A stretch of 63,288 nt of DNA, counting the filler, from Reclinomonas americana ATCC 50394 (Eukaryota), in NCBI GenBank assembly GCA_048213135.1. It is 15 parts of 15 records of this genome, joined end to end, with 100 filler letters (N's around TTAATTAATTAA, not from the genome) between each part and the next. Parts side by side here need not be neighbours in the genome. Positions count along the whole stretch, not along the records: positions 11,778 to 13,917 come from AFZH01024029.1; positions 14,018 to 16,662 come from AFZH01024030.1; positions 16,763 to 18,472 come from AFZH01024031.1; positions 18,573 to 23,750 come from AFZH01024032.1; positions 23,851 to 25,869 come from AFZH01024033.1; 10 more parts are not named here. One strand, given 5' to 3'. Below are positions 11,840 to 24,392 of this stretch, piece by piece; position 1 is the stretch's first letter, and every line of letters starts with the position of its first letter. The position numbers and the translations under genes were made by a program. The notes beneath the pieces are model-generated. The model saw nothing but the letters and a program-made list of their open reading frames with translations. It was not told the DNA's origin and made no database searches.

Positions 11840-13625
11840 TCCTCCTCCTCCTCCTCCTCCTCCTCCTCCTCCTCCTCCTCCTCCTCCTCCTCCTCCTCCT
11901 CCTCCTCCTCCTCCTCCTCCTCCTCATCCATCTCCTCCCCCCTCGTCCGCAGGCAAGAGAGCGCCGAGGTGATACGTCGTCGAGGCGTCGCCCGACACAA
12001 GCTCGTCTGCGGTCTTCGTCGTGCCCGTCATGTGCTTTGCGACGAGTTGCTGCCATCCTTGTCGCGCGTGGAGTCACGTGAAGAGGTACTGCTCCCGCGC
12101 TTGTGTTGCTCTCGTGGTCTCCCGTGCTGATGCAAGGGGTTGGAAGACTCTGGTGGAGCGTGTGCTGGCGTACACGCTCAAGGAAGCGTCGGCGGAGCTC
12201 GTACCGCTGCTTGTGCGAGCAGTGGAGCAGGTCAGGAGCGTCGATGGTGGCTGGGATAAGCAGTGGAGAGCACGTGTGCAGGTGGAGGGCGTGCCGGGTC
12301 GCACCGTGGAGGCCTCGGAGTTGTTCAGTGGTGTGCTCGTCCAATCGGGACGACTGGCATCCGGGGTCTGGCGATGCGACTGCTTGCTTCCGCACTTGTT
12401 GTGGTCTCACTCTCGTGTCGACAACAGACTCTGAAATCATCGTTGAGAGACACACGTGTGTTGCTGCAAGCTGATGCGTTGGAGCGGGATCGCACCATGG
12501 TCTATGCGTGCATGCGGTTTATGAGAGAGGCAAAAACATGCGCAATTCTCACTTTATTGCACAGGCGTCGCTGGTGGCCTCCCTCGACACACCGGAGCAC
12601 CTGCAGACATGGGCGAGCGATGAAGATCGCGTGTACGCGGCGCAGGCTCAGGCCGTGATTGACACCGGCGCCAGCGTGGTTTGTTCCTTGCGTGACAGAC
12701 ACACGCAGCTGAGTATATGAAGCGCAGCGATGATGACATGCTGTGTGGCGATCGCAGGTGGTTGTCGGCGGACGCGTTCATGACGCCATTCTGCAATACC
12801 TCTCTGCCGCCGGCCTGGTAGTACTCACACACGTGAGCACTGTCGACATGCGACGGCTAGCGCACGCTCTGCAGGTGCGACTCGATGGTGACGCGCTGCC
12901 TGCCATGGTGGTGACGGTCGGGCGTGTGCGCACCATTCGACTTGGCGAGCAGGAGGGAATAGTCGTGTTTGAGGGGACGCCGCAGCCGCACTGCTCGGTG
13001 GTGGTGCGGGGTAGCACAGTGGAGGTGTGTGGCGACCACACCCGCAGTGCCGAACGCGCTCTGGATGCCGTAAGGAGGAGAATGTTGTCGCCCGAGGTAT
13101 GTGTGTGAATGTTTTTTCCGTGTTGTGATAGTCAATTGACAATGAACGGCAGATTGTGCCCGGCAACGGTGACACGGAGCTCCTGTTGGCAGATCAGTTG
13201 CGACGGCAGGTCGCAGAGTGGGATGGTGAAGACGAGGTACGGTGCAAGCACAGCGACTGGACGTGGTCGATGTTCGATAACCGACAGTGGTGTCACAGTG
13301 TGGTGGCGAGGCGCTGGCTCGCGCCCTGCTGGCGATTCCACGCACGCTAATGAGCAACTCGCTGGACGGTGGAACGTCGGATCTGGCGGGCATGCGTTGC
13401 GTCTGCGGTCGTGAGTGAGACTACCTGTAAGCAGGCTGCTGACTTGACAAGCAGTCGACCGCCGTCAGCGCCAGTTGCGGGAGAGCGGACTGCCGACGAC
13501 GTGTGTGGTGTGGGATGAGTTGGTTGTCAAGAACGCTGTGGTGCAGACGGCATGCGACATGGCATGCCTGCTGCTGCAAGGTGGGCATTGACGTATGTGA
13601 GCTGCTGCTGCAGCTGTTGACTGAT
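11111..13625 (+). CDS. Divergent group II chaperonin-like protein, BBS6/BBS10/BBS12 type; spans the scaffold gap at 11678
   Basis: LADLVATCLGPNALGK; RPVARMIIRACSALDRECGDGVASVVLL (GDG ATP motif); SELFSGVLV; CSVVVRGST..AERALDAV; IVPGNGDTELLLA; VWDELVVKNAVVQTACDMACLLL. Confidence 0.7.
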
Positions 13626-14017
13626 GGGGTTGTGGCAGTGACTGTTGGGCATGGCTGAATGTTGAGTGGATAGACGTGGCGGCGCTACCAGTCACCAACA
13701 GCGTCAACGAACCCGTAATGTCCACATTGCCGAAGAAAGCGACACGCGCGGCAAACATTATGGAGGGACACACATCCGCGCGGAGACTCGCTCCAAGACC
13801 CAGCGATATTGACGCGGGAGCAACAAGGAGAGAGAAAGCAAGTGAAAATCAACTGTTGGCTTTTCACTCTATTGCATTCGCTGTCCCTCTCTCTCTCTCT
13901 CTCTCGTACTCTCCTACNNNNNNNNNNNNNNNNNNNNNNNNNNNNNNNNNNNNNNNNNNNNTTAATTAATTAANNNNNNNNNNNNNNNNNNNNNNNNNNN
14001 NNNNNNNNNNNNNNNNN

Positions 14018-15860
14018 TCTTTCGCTTTCACTCATTCTCGCCGCTTCTCTTGCTGAGCGTGCATTGACTCGCCGTTGCTCCGCATGATTGCACAATTCTT
14101 CCTCTCTCTCAACTCTCTTCTCCCTATTCACCTCCCTTCCTCTCTCTCTCAACTCTCTTCTCCCTGCCTCTCTTTTTCTTCTCTCCTCCTCCTCTCTCTC
14201 CGTACGAGTTGCGCGTCTTCGTGCATTGACTCGCCATTGCTCCGCTTGGTTACACAATTCTTCTTCCTCTGCACCTCTCCCTATTCACCTCCCTTTCTCT
14301 CTCTGTCTCAACTCTCTTCTCCCTCTTCTCCTCCTCCTCTCTTGGTGAGAGCACGGCTGTGTCTCTGTGTGCATGTATTCGCCAGTGCTCCGCGTGATTG
14401 CACAATTCTTCCGACACGAATTACGCTCCCTTCTCCTCCCTTCCTCCCTTCCTCTCTCTTCGCCCTCTTCTCCTCCCTTCCCTCTATCCTTGAATGTCTT
14501 CGTGCATGGATTCGCCAGTGCACCGCGTGTTCATGCAGTTATTCCGCCGCCCCGCCTGCATTTCACACTCTCTCGCTCTCTATTTGCGTCTCCTCTCCTG
14601 CTGCCTTCCTTTCTCTCCCTCTATTCCTTCTCCATGTGCCTTTTCACCGTATGTGTGCGTGTGTGGCGGTGATTATCGGCCGTTTGCTGATCACGCTCCT
14701 TCCTTTCCTTTCTCGACTTTATCTCTCTCACGCCACGTTTTTCTCTCTCTCTTCTTCCTGTCTCCCTTGCTCTCCTACCGCGCGCCTCTCTCCTTTTTCT
14801 CCATCGTTGCACATCACCGCCATTCATATTTTCCTGCCTTCTTTCTCTGTCTATCGTTTCGACTTTCTTCCTCTTCTTCGCGCGCTCCTTTCCCTCTTTA
14901 TCCCTTCCTTCTTTGCTTCTTTCTCTTTTTCTTCCTCTTCCCACTCCCTTTCCTTTTTCTTCACCGCTCTTTTTCCTCTGCATCCCTTCCTTCTTCGCCT
15001 CTTTTTCTCCCCCATTCCTTTCTTTTTGCATCCCTCCCTTATTCCTCTCCCCTTCTTGCACGCTGTGCATCGTCCGTCACCTTCCTCTTTCTCTTCCCTC
15101 TTCCTCTTCCTCGCGCGCTCCTTTCCCTCTGCTCCTTCTTCGCCTCTTTCTCTCTTTCTTCCCTTCCCACTCCCTTCCCTCGTCCTCGCGTGCTCCTTCC
15201 CTCTTTATCCTTTCCTTCTTCGCCTTTTTCTCTTCTCTCTTCCTCTCCCACTCCCTTTCCTTTTTTCCTCATCGCTCTTTTTTCTTCCCTGCTCTTTTCC
15301 CTCTCCTCCTTCTTCGCCTCTTTCTCTTTTTCTTCCTCTTCCCACTCCCGCTCTCTTTTCTCCTCCCCGCTCCTCTCCCTCTGCTCCTTCTTCGCCTCTT
15401 TCTCTCTTTCTTCCTCTTCCCACTCCCTCTCCTTTTTCTCCCCCATTCCTTTCCCTCTGCTTCTTCTTCGCCTCTTTATCTCGTTCTTCCCCTTCCCACT
15501 CCCTCTCCTTTTTCTCCCCCATTCCTTTCCCTCTGCTCCTTCTTCGCCTCTCTCTCTTTTTCTTCCTGTTCCCACTCCCTTTCCTTTTTTTCTTCGCCGC
15601 TCTTTTTCCTCTGCATCCCTTCCTTCTTCGCCTCTTCTTCTTCCCCACTCCTGTCCTTCTTCATCCCTCCCTCATTCCTCTCCCCATTACGCATCCTTTC
15701 CTTCTTCGCCTCTTTCCCGCTTGATCTCCTTTCCTTCTTCATCCCTTCCTCCCTTCCCCGCTCAATTCCTTCTCCATCCTTTCTTTATTCACTCTTCCTT
15801 CCCTCATTCGTCATCCCTTCCCTCTTTCTCTTCTCTCTTCTCTCTCTACCCACTTCGTTC
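14018..15860. repeat. Polypyrimidine (CT-rich) imperfect tandem-repeat tract
   Basis: Recurrent units such as cttcttcgcctctttctctctttcttcctcttcccactcc. Confidence 0.8.
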
Positions 15861-18041
15861 TCACGGCCGTGCTGTCCGCCGCTTGTCCCGTTTTCTATTC
15901 TTCCGATGCGCAACGAGTGAATGTCTTCGTGTGTGTGTGGTTGCTGTTGTTGCCATTTTGGGCCGTTGGCTTGCAGAACACAGAAGAAAGATCAATCTTC
16001 GTGTACTTGACGCAAGAAGCGGTGTCGGTGTGGGGAGAGACAGAGAGAGAAAGACTGGTCGTTAAAGAAATGAAGAAAAGAGAAACCTCCACACCGCAGC
16101 AGGCCATCGTCCTGTTTCTCCCCCTTTTTCTCTCTTCTCACGCTGCGTGCTCTCACTCATCATGATCAGCATGATTTCCTGCTCGCACAGACGCTCTCGT
16201 TGATGATGCAAGAGACACTCATGGAGCGCGACTCGCACCTCCACCTCCTCCATCTGGACGATTTTTGATCCCAATTCGCCTCCACCAAATTGCTGGTGTG
16301 CCATTTCATCGTCTTCTCCTTGAGGAGGAGGGGGAGGAGGCGAAGGAGAAAAGAAGATGACCTGCTGGGTGTGGCAACATAGGCATCTTTTGGAGGTACG
16401 TGCGTATGTGCGCCTTGGGGTGTGGATGGGAAATCAACCGCGTCTGCCTCGCTCACTCATTCATTCATTGTGTCTGTTCAGCAGCTCGATCCGTGATCCT
16501 GCTCAAATGAAGAGTTGTCTCTCTCTCCCTGTCTCCACCATCGCCGGTGCATGCATCGCAAGGCTCGGACGTCTCTGTGAGTTAACGTTGTCCCTGTTGC
16601 ATTGTTCCTTCTTCCCCCTCGCTCTCCTTTCTCAATCATTCATTCATTGTGTCTGTTCAGTANNNNNNNNNNNNNNNNNNNNNNNNNNNNNNNNNNNNNN
16701 NNNNNNTTAATTAATTAANNNNNNNNNNNNNNNNNNNNNNNNNNNNNNNNNNNNNNNNNNNNGCGACCAGCATGGTCATGCACTGACACGCATGATGCCA
16801 CTTCTGCGACAGATGCGGGACGCATTTCGACTCGCCTGGTCCACATGCTCTACTGCAGCAGGTGCAGCTGGGCGGCATCCTGTCACTTGCCGATGTGTCC
16901 CTTGACTGCTCGAATGCCCACACGCATTTTCTGTCGATCGGTGTGTGCTTGTGGTGCATGCAACACGAGCGCCGGCTGCTCTGCTTTTTTTCTTTGCTCA
17001 CACATGCGCTCTCATGTCGCAGGGGAGTGAGGCCTGTCATCGCACCATCTGTCCTTTGTGTTGTGCGAGACGGAGCGCCGTGGCGACGAGATGTGTGCAT
17101 GTGCCTCGCACTGGCGCGCGCTTGCATCACATTCACATCTCTCCTTGCCCGCCTTGTGCGGCACCCATGACGCGGAGCGAGTACACGCTACGCCGACTGT
17201 GTTCTTGTGTCTCACATACTGAGCAGGTGAGCAATTCACGTTTCATTTGTCTCTCGTTCTTTTTCACCTCCACCATCCACTCGCATTGGTCACATTCACT
17301 TGCATCCTTCACGCCTCATCCACTCTCTTTCTCCTTCACCTCGTCTCGTCTCGTTTCGTTTCGCTCTTTCTTGTGTCTTCTATTGCCTTCCTTTCTTGGC
17401 CTCTTTCCTCTCCATTGTCCCCTTCCCGTGAGCCGCCCTTGTTGCCTTTCGTTGATCTCTTGTCACTTGCATCCTTCGCGCCTCCATCCACTCTCACTCT
17501 CCTCCTCCTCACCTCTCTGTGCTTCAACGACTTCCCTTTTCGGTCCCTTTTCTCCTTTCCTGATCTCTTTTCACTTGCATCCTTCACGCCTCCTCCCACT
17601 CTGCTCATCTTCACCTCGTTTCGTTCTCTCCTGTGTCAGCTGATCGCTCTTCAATGGCTTCCTTTCAATGCCTCCCATCGTCCGCTTCTCAAGATCCGCC
17701 CTGTTCTCTCTCCTTCATGTCATGCACTTGCATTGATCATGCCTCCGTGCGCCCACTCTCTCTTTCTTCTCGTCTCGCATTGTTCTGCTTCGTGTCCATT
17801 GAGGGATGCTTGCTCGTCACTGTGCCGCGTTCCTCGCTTGCTATCCTCTTCCTCCCCACTCCGATTTGTGCCTACCCTCCTCTCTCTCTCTCTTCTTCTT
17901 TTGCACCCACGTAATTGCAGCACGCTACTCCTCTCTCATTCTCCTCATTCCATCCCGTTCGCCGATGTCTGTCCCCTTGCTTCACAACCCACTCTCTCGT
18001 CTGATAGTTTCTTCTTTCTTTCCTTTGTTCCTGTTGCGCAG

Positions 18042-18339
18042 TGTTGGACGGTTGGGGCCGGGGGAACACACTGGATGGGTATACTCTGTCGTTGTTACTC
18101 CCGATGGCCAGCTCGTCGTGAGTGGGAGTGCGGATAATACGATCCGTGTGTGGTCCACGCCGCGTGGGCTGGCGTGGCAGGAGCTCGCTGCCGCACGACT
18201 GGCCGTGCTGGCCGTCAACGAGCTGCTTGCCGAAGATGACTGTGACTGGATCCTGGTCGATGTTGTGCTGCGGTGTTTTGTGTTGGAGGATGCAGAGGTG
18301 ATTGAACGCCGTGCGCCTGGAAGGTGCTGGACGGAGTGA
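18042..18339 (+). CDS. WD40 family copy 1: last exon with one WD40 repeat + divergent conserved tail
   Basis: EHTGWVYSVVVTPDGQLVVSGSADNTIRVWSTPRGLAWQELAAARLAV..VVLRCFVLEDAEV, after a polypyrimidine/CAG acceptor at 18041. Confidence 0.7.
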
Positions 18340-18573
18340 GCTCAATGAATGTTCGATGAACGATGGCTGTCTGTGCGCGACTCTCTCCTGTTGACCGCCA
18401 CACCGGCTCACACGTGCTTCTCCGCTGCCTTGCCAAGTGCAGGCAGCCGGAAAGCAGATACAATTGCAACACNNNNNNNNNNNNNNNNNNNNNNNNNNNN
18501 NNNNNNNNNNNNNNNNTTAATTAATTAANNNNNNNNNNNNNNNNNNNNNNNNNNNNNNNNNNNNNNNNNNNNC

Positions 18574-19425
18574 GTGAGTGGAGGTGGAGACAACACCCTA
18601 CGTGTGTGGTTGCTGGAGAGTGGGATGGAGGTGCGACGGTTGGAGGGACACACTGGATGGGTGTATTGTGTCGTCGTAACCCCCGATGGTCAGTACATCG
18701 TGAGTGGCGGTGGAGACAGCACCATCCGGGTGTGGTCGCTGGCGAATGAAAAGGATGTGCGACGGCTGCAGGGACACACTGCAAGGGTGATGTCTGTGGC
18801 AGTCACCCCCGATGGTAACTACGTTGTTAGCGGCGGTGGAGACAACACAATGCGGGTATGGTTGCTGGCGAGCGGCGAAGAAGTGCGGCGGTTGGAAGGA
18901 CACACTGGCTGGGTATACTCTGTCGCTGTCACTCCCGATGGTCGACGCATTGTGAGTGGCGGTGGGGACGAGACAGTGCGAATATTGTCACTGGTAAGTG
19001 GGATGGAAGTGCGACGGTTGGAGGGACACACTGGAAGGGTGTGCGCCGTCGCTGTTACTCCCAGCGGTCAGCATATTGTGAGTGGGAGCGAGGACAGCAC
19101 CGTGCGGATGTGGTCTCTGGCGAGTGGCGAGGAGGTGCGACAGTTGGAGCGACACACTGGATGGGTGTCGTCTGTGGCCGTCTCTCCCGATGGTCAGCAC
19201 ATTGTGAGCGCGGGTGGCTACGACGAGACCGTGCGAGTGCGGTCCACGCCGCGTGGCCTTGCTGGCTTCGAACTCGACGCCGCGCGCTCGGCCATGCGAG
19301 CTGTGCAGGAGATGCAGGAGGAGAGGAGTGCCACCGAGGATGAAGTAGATTCACTGTGTCTTCCCGAGCTGGTTCTGCGCTGCTTCATCGTCGAGGATGC
19401 CGAGGTCGTCCTTTTCCGGTGCTGA
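18574..19425 (+). CDS. WD40 family copy 2 (5' lost in gap; five full repeats plus a partial one) + SOCS-box-like tail
   Basis: Near-identical 42-aa GHT..V..V.VTPDG..IVSG..D.T.RVW repeats; tail STPRGLAGFELDAARSAMRAV..DSLCLPELVLRCFIVEDAEVVLFRC. Confidence 0.9.
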   Translation: MSGGGDNTLRVWLLESGMEVRRLEGHTGWVYCVVVTPDGQYIVSGGGDSTIRVWSLANEKDVRRLQGHTARVMSVAVTPDGNYVVSGGGDNTMRVWLLASGEEVRRLEGHTGWVYSVAVTPDGRRIVSGGGDETVRILSLVSGMEVRRLEGHTGRVCAVAVTPSGQHIVSGSEDSTVRMWSLASGEEVRQLERHTGWVSSVAVSPDGQHIVSAGGYDETVRVRSTPRGLAGFELDAARSAMRAVQEMQEERSATEDEVDSLCLPELVLRCFIVEDAEVVLFRC

Positions 19426-21619
19426 GTCGGTGAGTCGAAGGGAGGGAAGGTGGCTGCAGGTGATCGTGAGTTGTTTTTTCGTGTCTTGCGGGGGGTGCGG
19501 GTGATCATGTGGGCGTGGGTGGGGGAAGAGAGGACGACAGAGGAGGAGAGAGAGGTCGTTGTTGTGCTTGTTCTCCTTTCATGTGAATGATAGTCTGCGG
19601 TCGTGAAGCATGTCTCCCTCTGTGTGCGTGTCTCTTTCTCACCTCCATTTTCTGTGCAAGCTCGATGAATCACCTGGGAGTCTCTTGCGTTTTTTGTCTT
19701 GTTGTGAAGTCTGTTGTGCGTGCATCTTTCGTCGCTGATATACGTGCCTCATGAGAGCGAGTCACCGGTGTCTGTTTCCCTCGCGTATTATTTTGCGTAC
19801 TTCGTTGGCGTCACTGCTCTGCTCCCATTGTGCATGTGTGCCGGTGATGTTCTCCTTCTGGCTCTGCAGAATGCATGTCTTGCAGCTCTCTCTCTCTCTT
19901 TTGTTCCTTGCTAAGTCTTTCTCTTTCTCCACCGTCTTTCTCCTTTGTGCGCTTATCTGCTTCCCCAGCCATCCACCCCTCCTTGCCGCACACGCTCGAG
20001 GCCGAGCATGCTTCTTGCTCATGATGCACCGGCTGCCATCCTGCCAGTTTATCACGGTGAGCTTCCCGATGCCGAAGTGTGTGAGATGGCCTGACTGCAT
20101 GCTGATTCTTCTCTCCCTCTCCCTTGCAGGATGGTTGTGTGAGCGTCCCTTGGCTTGCTTCTTGACCAACGCGTGTTGGTATCAGGTGCTGATCATGATC
20201 GGTGTGTTTGTCAGTGAGACAGAGCAGATTTCTCTCCCCGTCCTCCATTCTTTGCTCATAGCACACCGACATGCAGAGACCATGGAAAGCATGTCGTGGC
20301 GATGACAGGCGTGATGTGCATTGCCCGTTGTCGACCGTCACCTCACTCACTCGGCTCCCCACTCGCATCCCACCATGCACTCAGCAGTTGTGTGGCCCTG
20401 TTCTTCGTGATCTCTCTTTCCGCTTTCCCTCCCGCTCACCTCAATTATGCAGGCTGCGCATGCTATGGAGAGCGTGGCTAGGTGGGTGTACACATGTGTG
20501 TCGTGATGTGCGACGGGTGTCCTGGTCGGTGGATCGTTTTCAATCCCGGCTGGCAAGTCGGAGCGGATCAATGATGTGCGCACCTTGGTTGCCGCCGTCT
20601 CTGTCGAGTGATGATGCTGGTGGTCATGGAAGACTGCAGACGCGTGCTCGGCAATCTACTCATGGGTGGACACATGCGTGTCGTGTTTCCCGATGGGTGG
20701 CCTGGTCGGTGGATCGTTCTCGATCCCGGTTGGCAAGTCAAGAGCGGATCGATGATGTGCGCTTCTTGGTTGCTGCTGTCGCCGCCAAGTAATGATGGTG
20801 GTGGCCATGGGAGACTGCAGACGCGCGCGTGGCCTGGTGCGTACGCGTTCTGCATCTGTGTTGAGGAGCAAGTTGGCGGGACTTGAAGATTGACTGACTC
20901 AGTGCTGTGTGTAATCTGAACAGGCGTGCTGGCAAGTGACTGGCCACTGGGTAACACGTGGTTCCGTGCCTCGCAGTACACGTATGAGACGATTCACCGA
21001 CCTCTGTGAGTGTGATTGATGGCACGAGGCATTGATTGTGACTTGGGTGAGAGGAGGCAATTCTCACGACACAGCTGCCTCTTCCATTGCTGTGCTACTG
21101 TACTGGTCGCTCCTCTCCTACTCCCTGTGACTCTCCTTCTTCGTCGTACCATCATGACGTGCACCTTGTCAGCTTCGCTGTGGGCCGGCTTGAGGTTTCG
21201 AAGACTCGCTGCTCAATGGATTCTCGTGTGTGCCGTGGCTTCAGCACAACAGGGGCACAACTGCGTATCCAAGCAGCACGACATGCCAGTCCTTGGTGAC
21301 AGATAATGCAGGGCAGTTGAAAGAGAGCGTCGCTGGTCAGCAGCACGGTGCAGTGGAGCGCCATCTTGTGTCGCCAGCATGTCCGGATCCATTCTGCCGA
21401 TTTCGTATCGACAAGTCCTGTGTCGGTCTTCAAAAGCTTAAGCCCACACGCATCAAAGAAGCCACATCGCTCACACTACTGCATGCTGTATGGGGTGCTG
21501 GCTGCAGCCTGTCGAGGGATGGACGACGTCTCAGAGCAAGGCGGGTGAAGAAAGGCGGGAAACAGTGACAATCCCGAGCGAGCAAATCACACACACGCTC
21601 ACACACACACACACGGAGA

Positions 21620-22289
21620 ATGGCAACCAAGGTGTGAATGTATGCGCACTTTTGCGTGGTTGGTGTCTGTGCGTGCATTCGTGTGCCTGTGCATGTGTGC
21701 GGTTGTTGTTCTTGTGTTGTTGTTGTCTTTGATTGCTGCTGCGCCTCACCGCGAGTGATCGACACAGATCATTCAGAGTCCCGCTGCAGTGCTGTCCGTC
21801 ACCATCACTCCCGACGGCAAGCACATTGTCGGTGGGTGCTTGAACAGTACCGTTCGAGTGTGGTCTTTGGCAAGTGCGGAAGAGGTGCGACGACTGGATG
21901 GACACGCAGATTCGGTGTGTTCTGTCGCCGTCACCCCCAATGGCCCGCATGTCGTGAGTGGAAGTGGAGACTGTACCGTGCGGGTATGGTCTCTGGAGAG
22001 TGGCGAGGAGGTGCGGCGGTTGGAGGGACACACGCACCTGGTGATATCTGTTGCCGTCTCTCCCGATGGTCTCCACGTTGTGGGCGTCGGTGGCTACGAC
22101 AAGACCCTGAGAGTGTGGTCCACGCCGCGTGGTCTCGCTCGTCTCGAACTCGACGCCGCGCGCTCGGCCATGCTGACTGTGCAGGAGATGCAGGAGGACG
22201 AGGAGGAAGTAGATTCTCGATGCCTTGCCGAGCTGGTTCTGCGCTGTTTCATTGTCGAGGATGCCGAGGTCGTCCTTTTTCGGTGCTGA
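21620..22289 (+). CDS. WD40 family copy 3 (MATK micro-exon, intron 21632-21767; only 3 WD40 repeats) + tail
   Basis: ATG GCA ACC AAG|GT...CAG|ATC ATT CAG joins in frame with ORF 21789-22289. Confidence 0.85.
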
Positions 22290-24392
22290 GTCGGTGAGTC
22301 GAAGGGAGGGAGAGCGGTGGCTGCTGGTGATTGTGAGTTGTTTTTTCGTGTCTTGCGAGGGAGAATGGGTGGTTGTGCGGGGTGCAGGAGGGGGAAGAGG
22401 ATGACAGAAAGGGGGAGAGATCGTTGTTGATGATGAAGAATTGTTCTCTGTGTTTGTTGCCCTATCATGTGAATGTGAGTGTGCTTTCGTGAAGCATATC
22501 TCCCTCTGTTTACGTGTCTCTTTCTCACCTCTATTTGTGTGTGCGAGCGCGATGAATCACTTGGAGTCTGTGATTACTTTTCCCCTCGTTGTGATGTCTG
22601 TTGTGCGTGCATCTTTCGTCGCTGATATACATGCTTCATGAGAGCGAGTCACCGCTGTCTGTTTCCTCGCGTCTTGTTTGCGCACCTCCTTGGCACCGCT
22701 ATACTCTGCTTCCCATTGTGCCTGTGCGCCGTGGACATTCTCCTTCCGGCTGCGAAGAATGCCTGTCTTTCAGCTCTCTTTTTCCTGCCTTTTGCAGAGT
22801 CTCTCTCTTTCCCCGCCATCTCCCTGCCTTTGTGCGCTCATCTGATTCCCCAGTAATCCGCCCCTCCTTGCACACGCTCGAGGTCGAGCTGCTGGTCCGC
22901 TCACCGTATTCCGATTGCCACCCTGCCAGTCCATCATGGTGAGCTTCCCGATGCCGAGGTGTGTGAGGTGGCATACCTGCATACTGACTCTGCTCCTTCT
23001 CTCCCTTGCAGGATGGTTGTGTGAGCGTCCCTTGGCTTGCCTCTTGACCAACCACTTGTTGGCATCAGGTGCTGATCGGTGCGTTTGTCAGTGAGACAGA
23101 GCAGATATCTCTCCCCGTCCTCCATTCTTCGCTCACAGTGTACCGACATGCAGAGACCATGGAAGGCATGTCGTGACGATGACAGACGTGATGTGCATTG
23201 CCCGTTGTCGACCGTCACCTCACTCACTCGGCTCCCCGCTCGCATCCCACCAATGCACTCAGCAGGTGTGTGGCCTTGTTTGTCGTGATCTCTCTTTCCT
23301 CCTTCCCTCCGACTCACCTCACTAATACAGGCCGTGCATGCCATGGAGGGCGTGGCGTGGTGGGTGTACGTATGCGTGCCGTGATGTGCGATGGTGGCCT
23401 GGTCGGTGGATCGTTTTCAATCCCGGCTGGCAAGTCGGAGCGGATCGATGATGTGCGCACGTTGGTTTCTACTCACACTGCCGAGTGACAATGGTGGTGG
23501 CCACGGAAGACTGCAGACGTCGACGCGTGATCGGCCAGCAACACATGGTGCGTGCGTGTTCTGTATCTGCACTGAGGAGCAAGTTGATGAGGCTCGGAGA
23601 TCGACTGACTCAGTTCGGTGTGTGCCATGAACACAGGCGTGCTGGCAAGTGACTGGCATACATGCGACATGCCGGCACGTGCTCACAGCACATGCGTGAG
23701 ACGATTCACCGACCGACTGTGAGTGTGATTGAAGTCACGAGGTTGATTGTNNNNNNNNNNNNNNNNNNNNNNNNNNNNNNNNNNNNNNNNNNNNTTAATT
23801 AATTAANNNNNNNNNNNNNNNNNNNNNNNNNNNNNNNNNNNNNNNNNNNNGCCTGGGTGAGAGGGAGGCGAGTCTCACAACACAGCTGCCTCTTCCATCG
23901 CTGTGCTGCTATGCTGGTCTCTCCTCTCCTGTTCCTTGTGCCATCATCGTGCCCTCATCAACCTCGCTGTGGGCCGATCCAAGGAGGCGTAAGGTTTCGA
24001 TGACTCGGTGCTTTATGGATTCTCGTGTGTGCCGTGGCATCAGCTGCACATCCAAGCAGCCCGACATGCCAGTCCTCGTTGAGAGAGAATGAAGGGCAGT
24101 AGAAAGAGAGTGTCGCTGGACAGCAGCGCGATGCAGTGGAGCGCCACCTTGTGTCGCCAGCATGTCCATTCTGCCGATTTCGCACCGACCTGTCCCATGT
24201 CGGTCTTCAAAAGCCCACACGCATCATCGGAGCCACATCGTTCACACACTACCGCATGTTGTGTGGGGTACTGGCTGCAGCCTGGCGAGGGATGGACGAC
24301 GTCTCAAAGCAAGGCGGGAGAAGAAAGGCGGGAAACGGTGACAATCCCGAGCGAGCAAATCACACACACTCACACACATACACGCACGGAGA

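Noticed and set aside
11722..11930. Poly-Glu / poly-Arg ORFs
   Set aside because: Translations of (TCC)n/(CT)n microsatellites in an intron of the chaperonin-like gene.
14075..16065. Long ORFs (549 aa, 523 aa) rich in F/L/S/P, and similar ORFs at 41805-43340, 43978-44850 (3' part) and 32386-33050
   Set aside because: Stop-free only because of the polypyrimidine/polypurine composition; intronic or intergenic low complexity.
15975..17230. Possible small exons (NTEERSIFVYLTQEAVS; DFLLAQTLSLMMQETLMERD; VQLGGILSLADVSLDC)
   Set aside because: Frames could not be joined consistently and no family motif was recognised; left unannotated.
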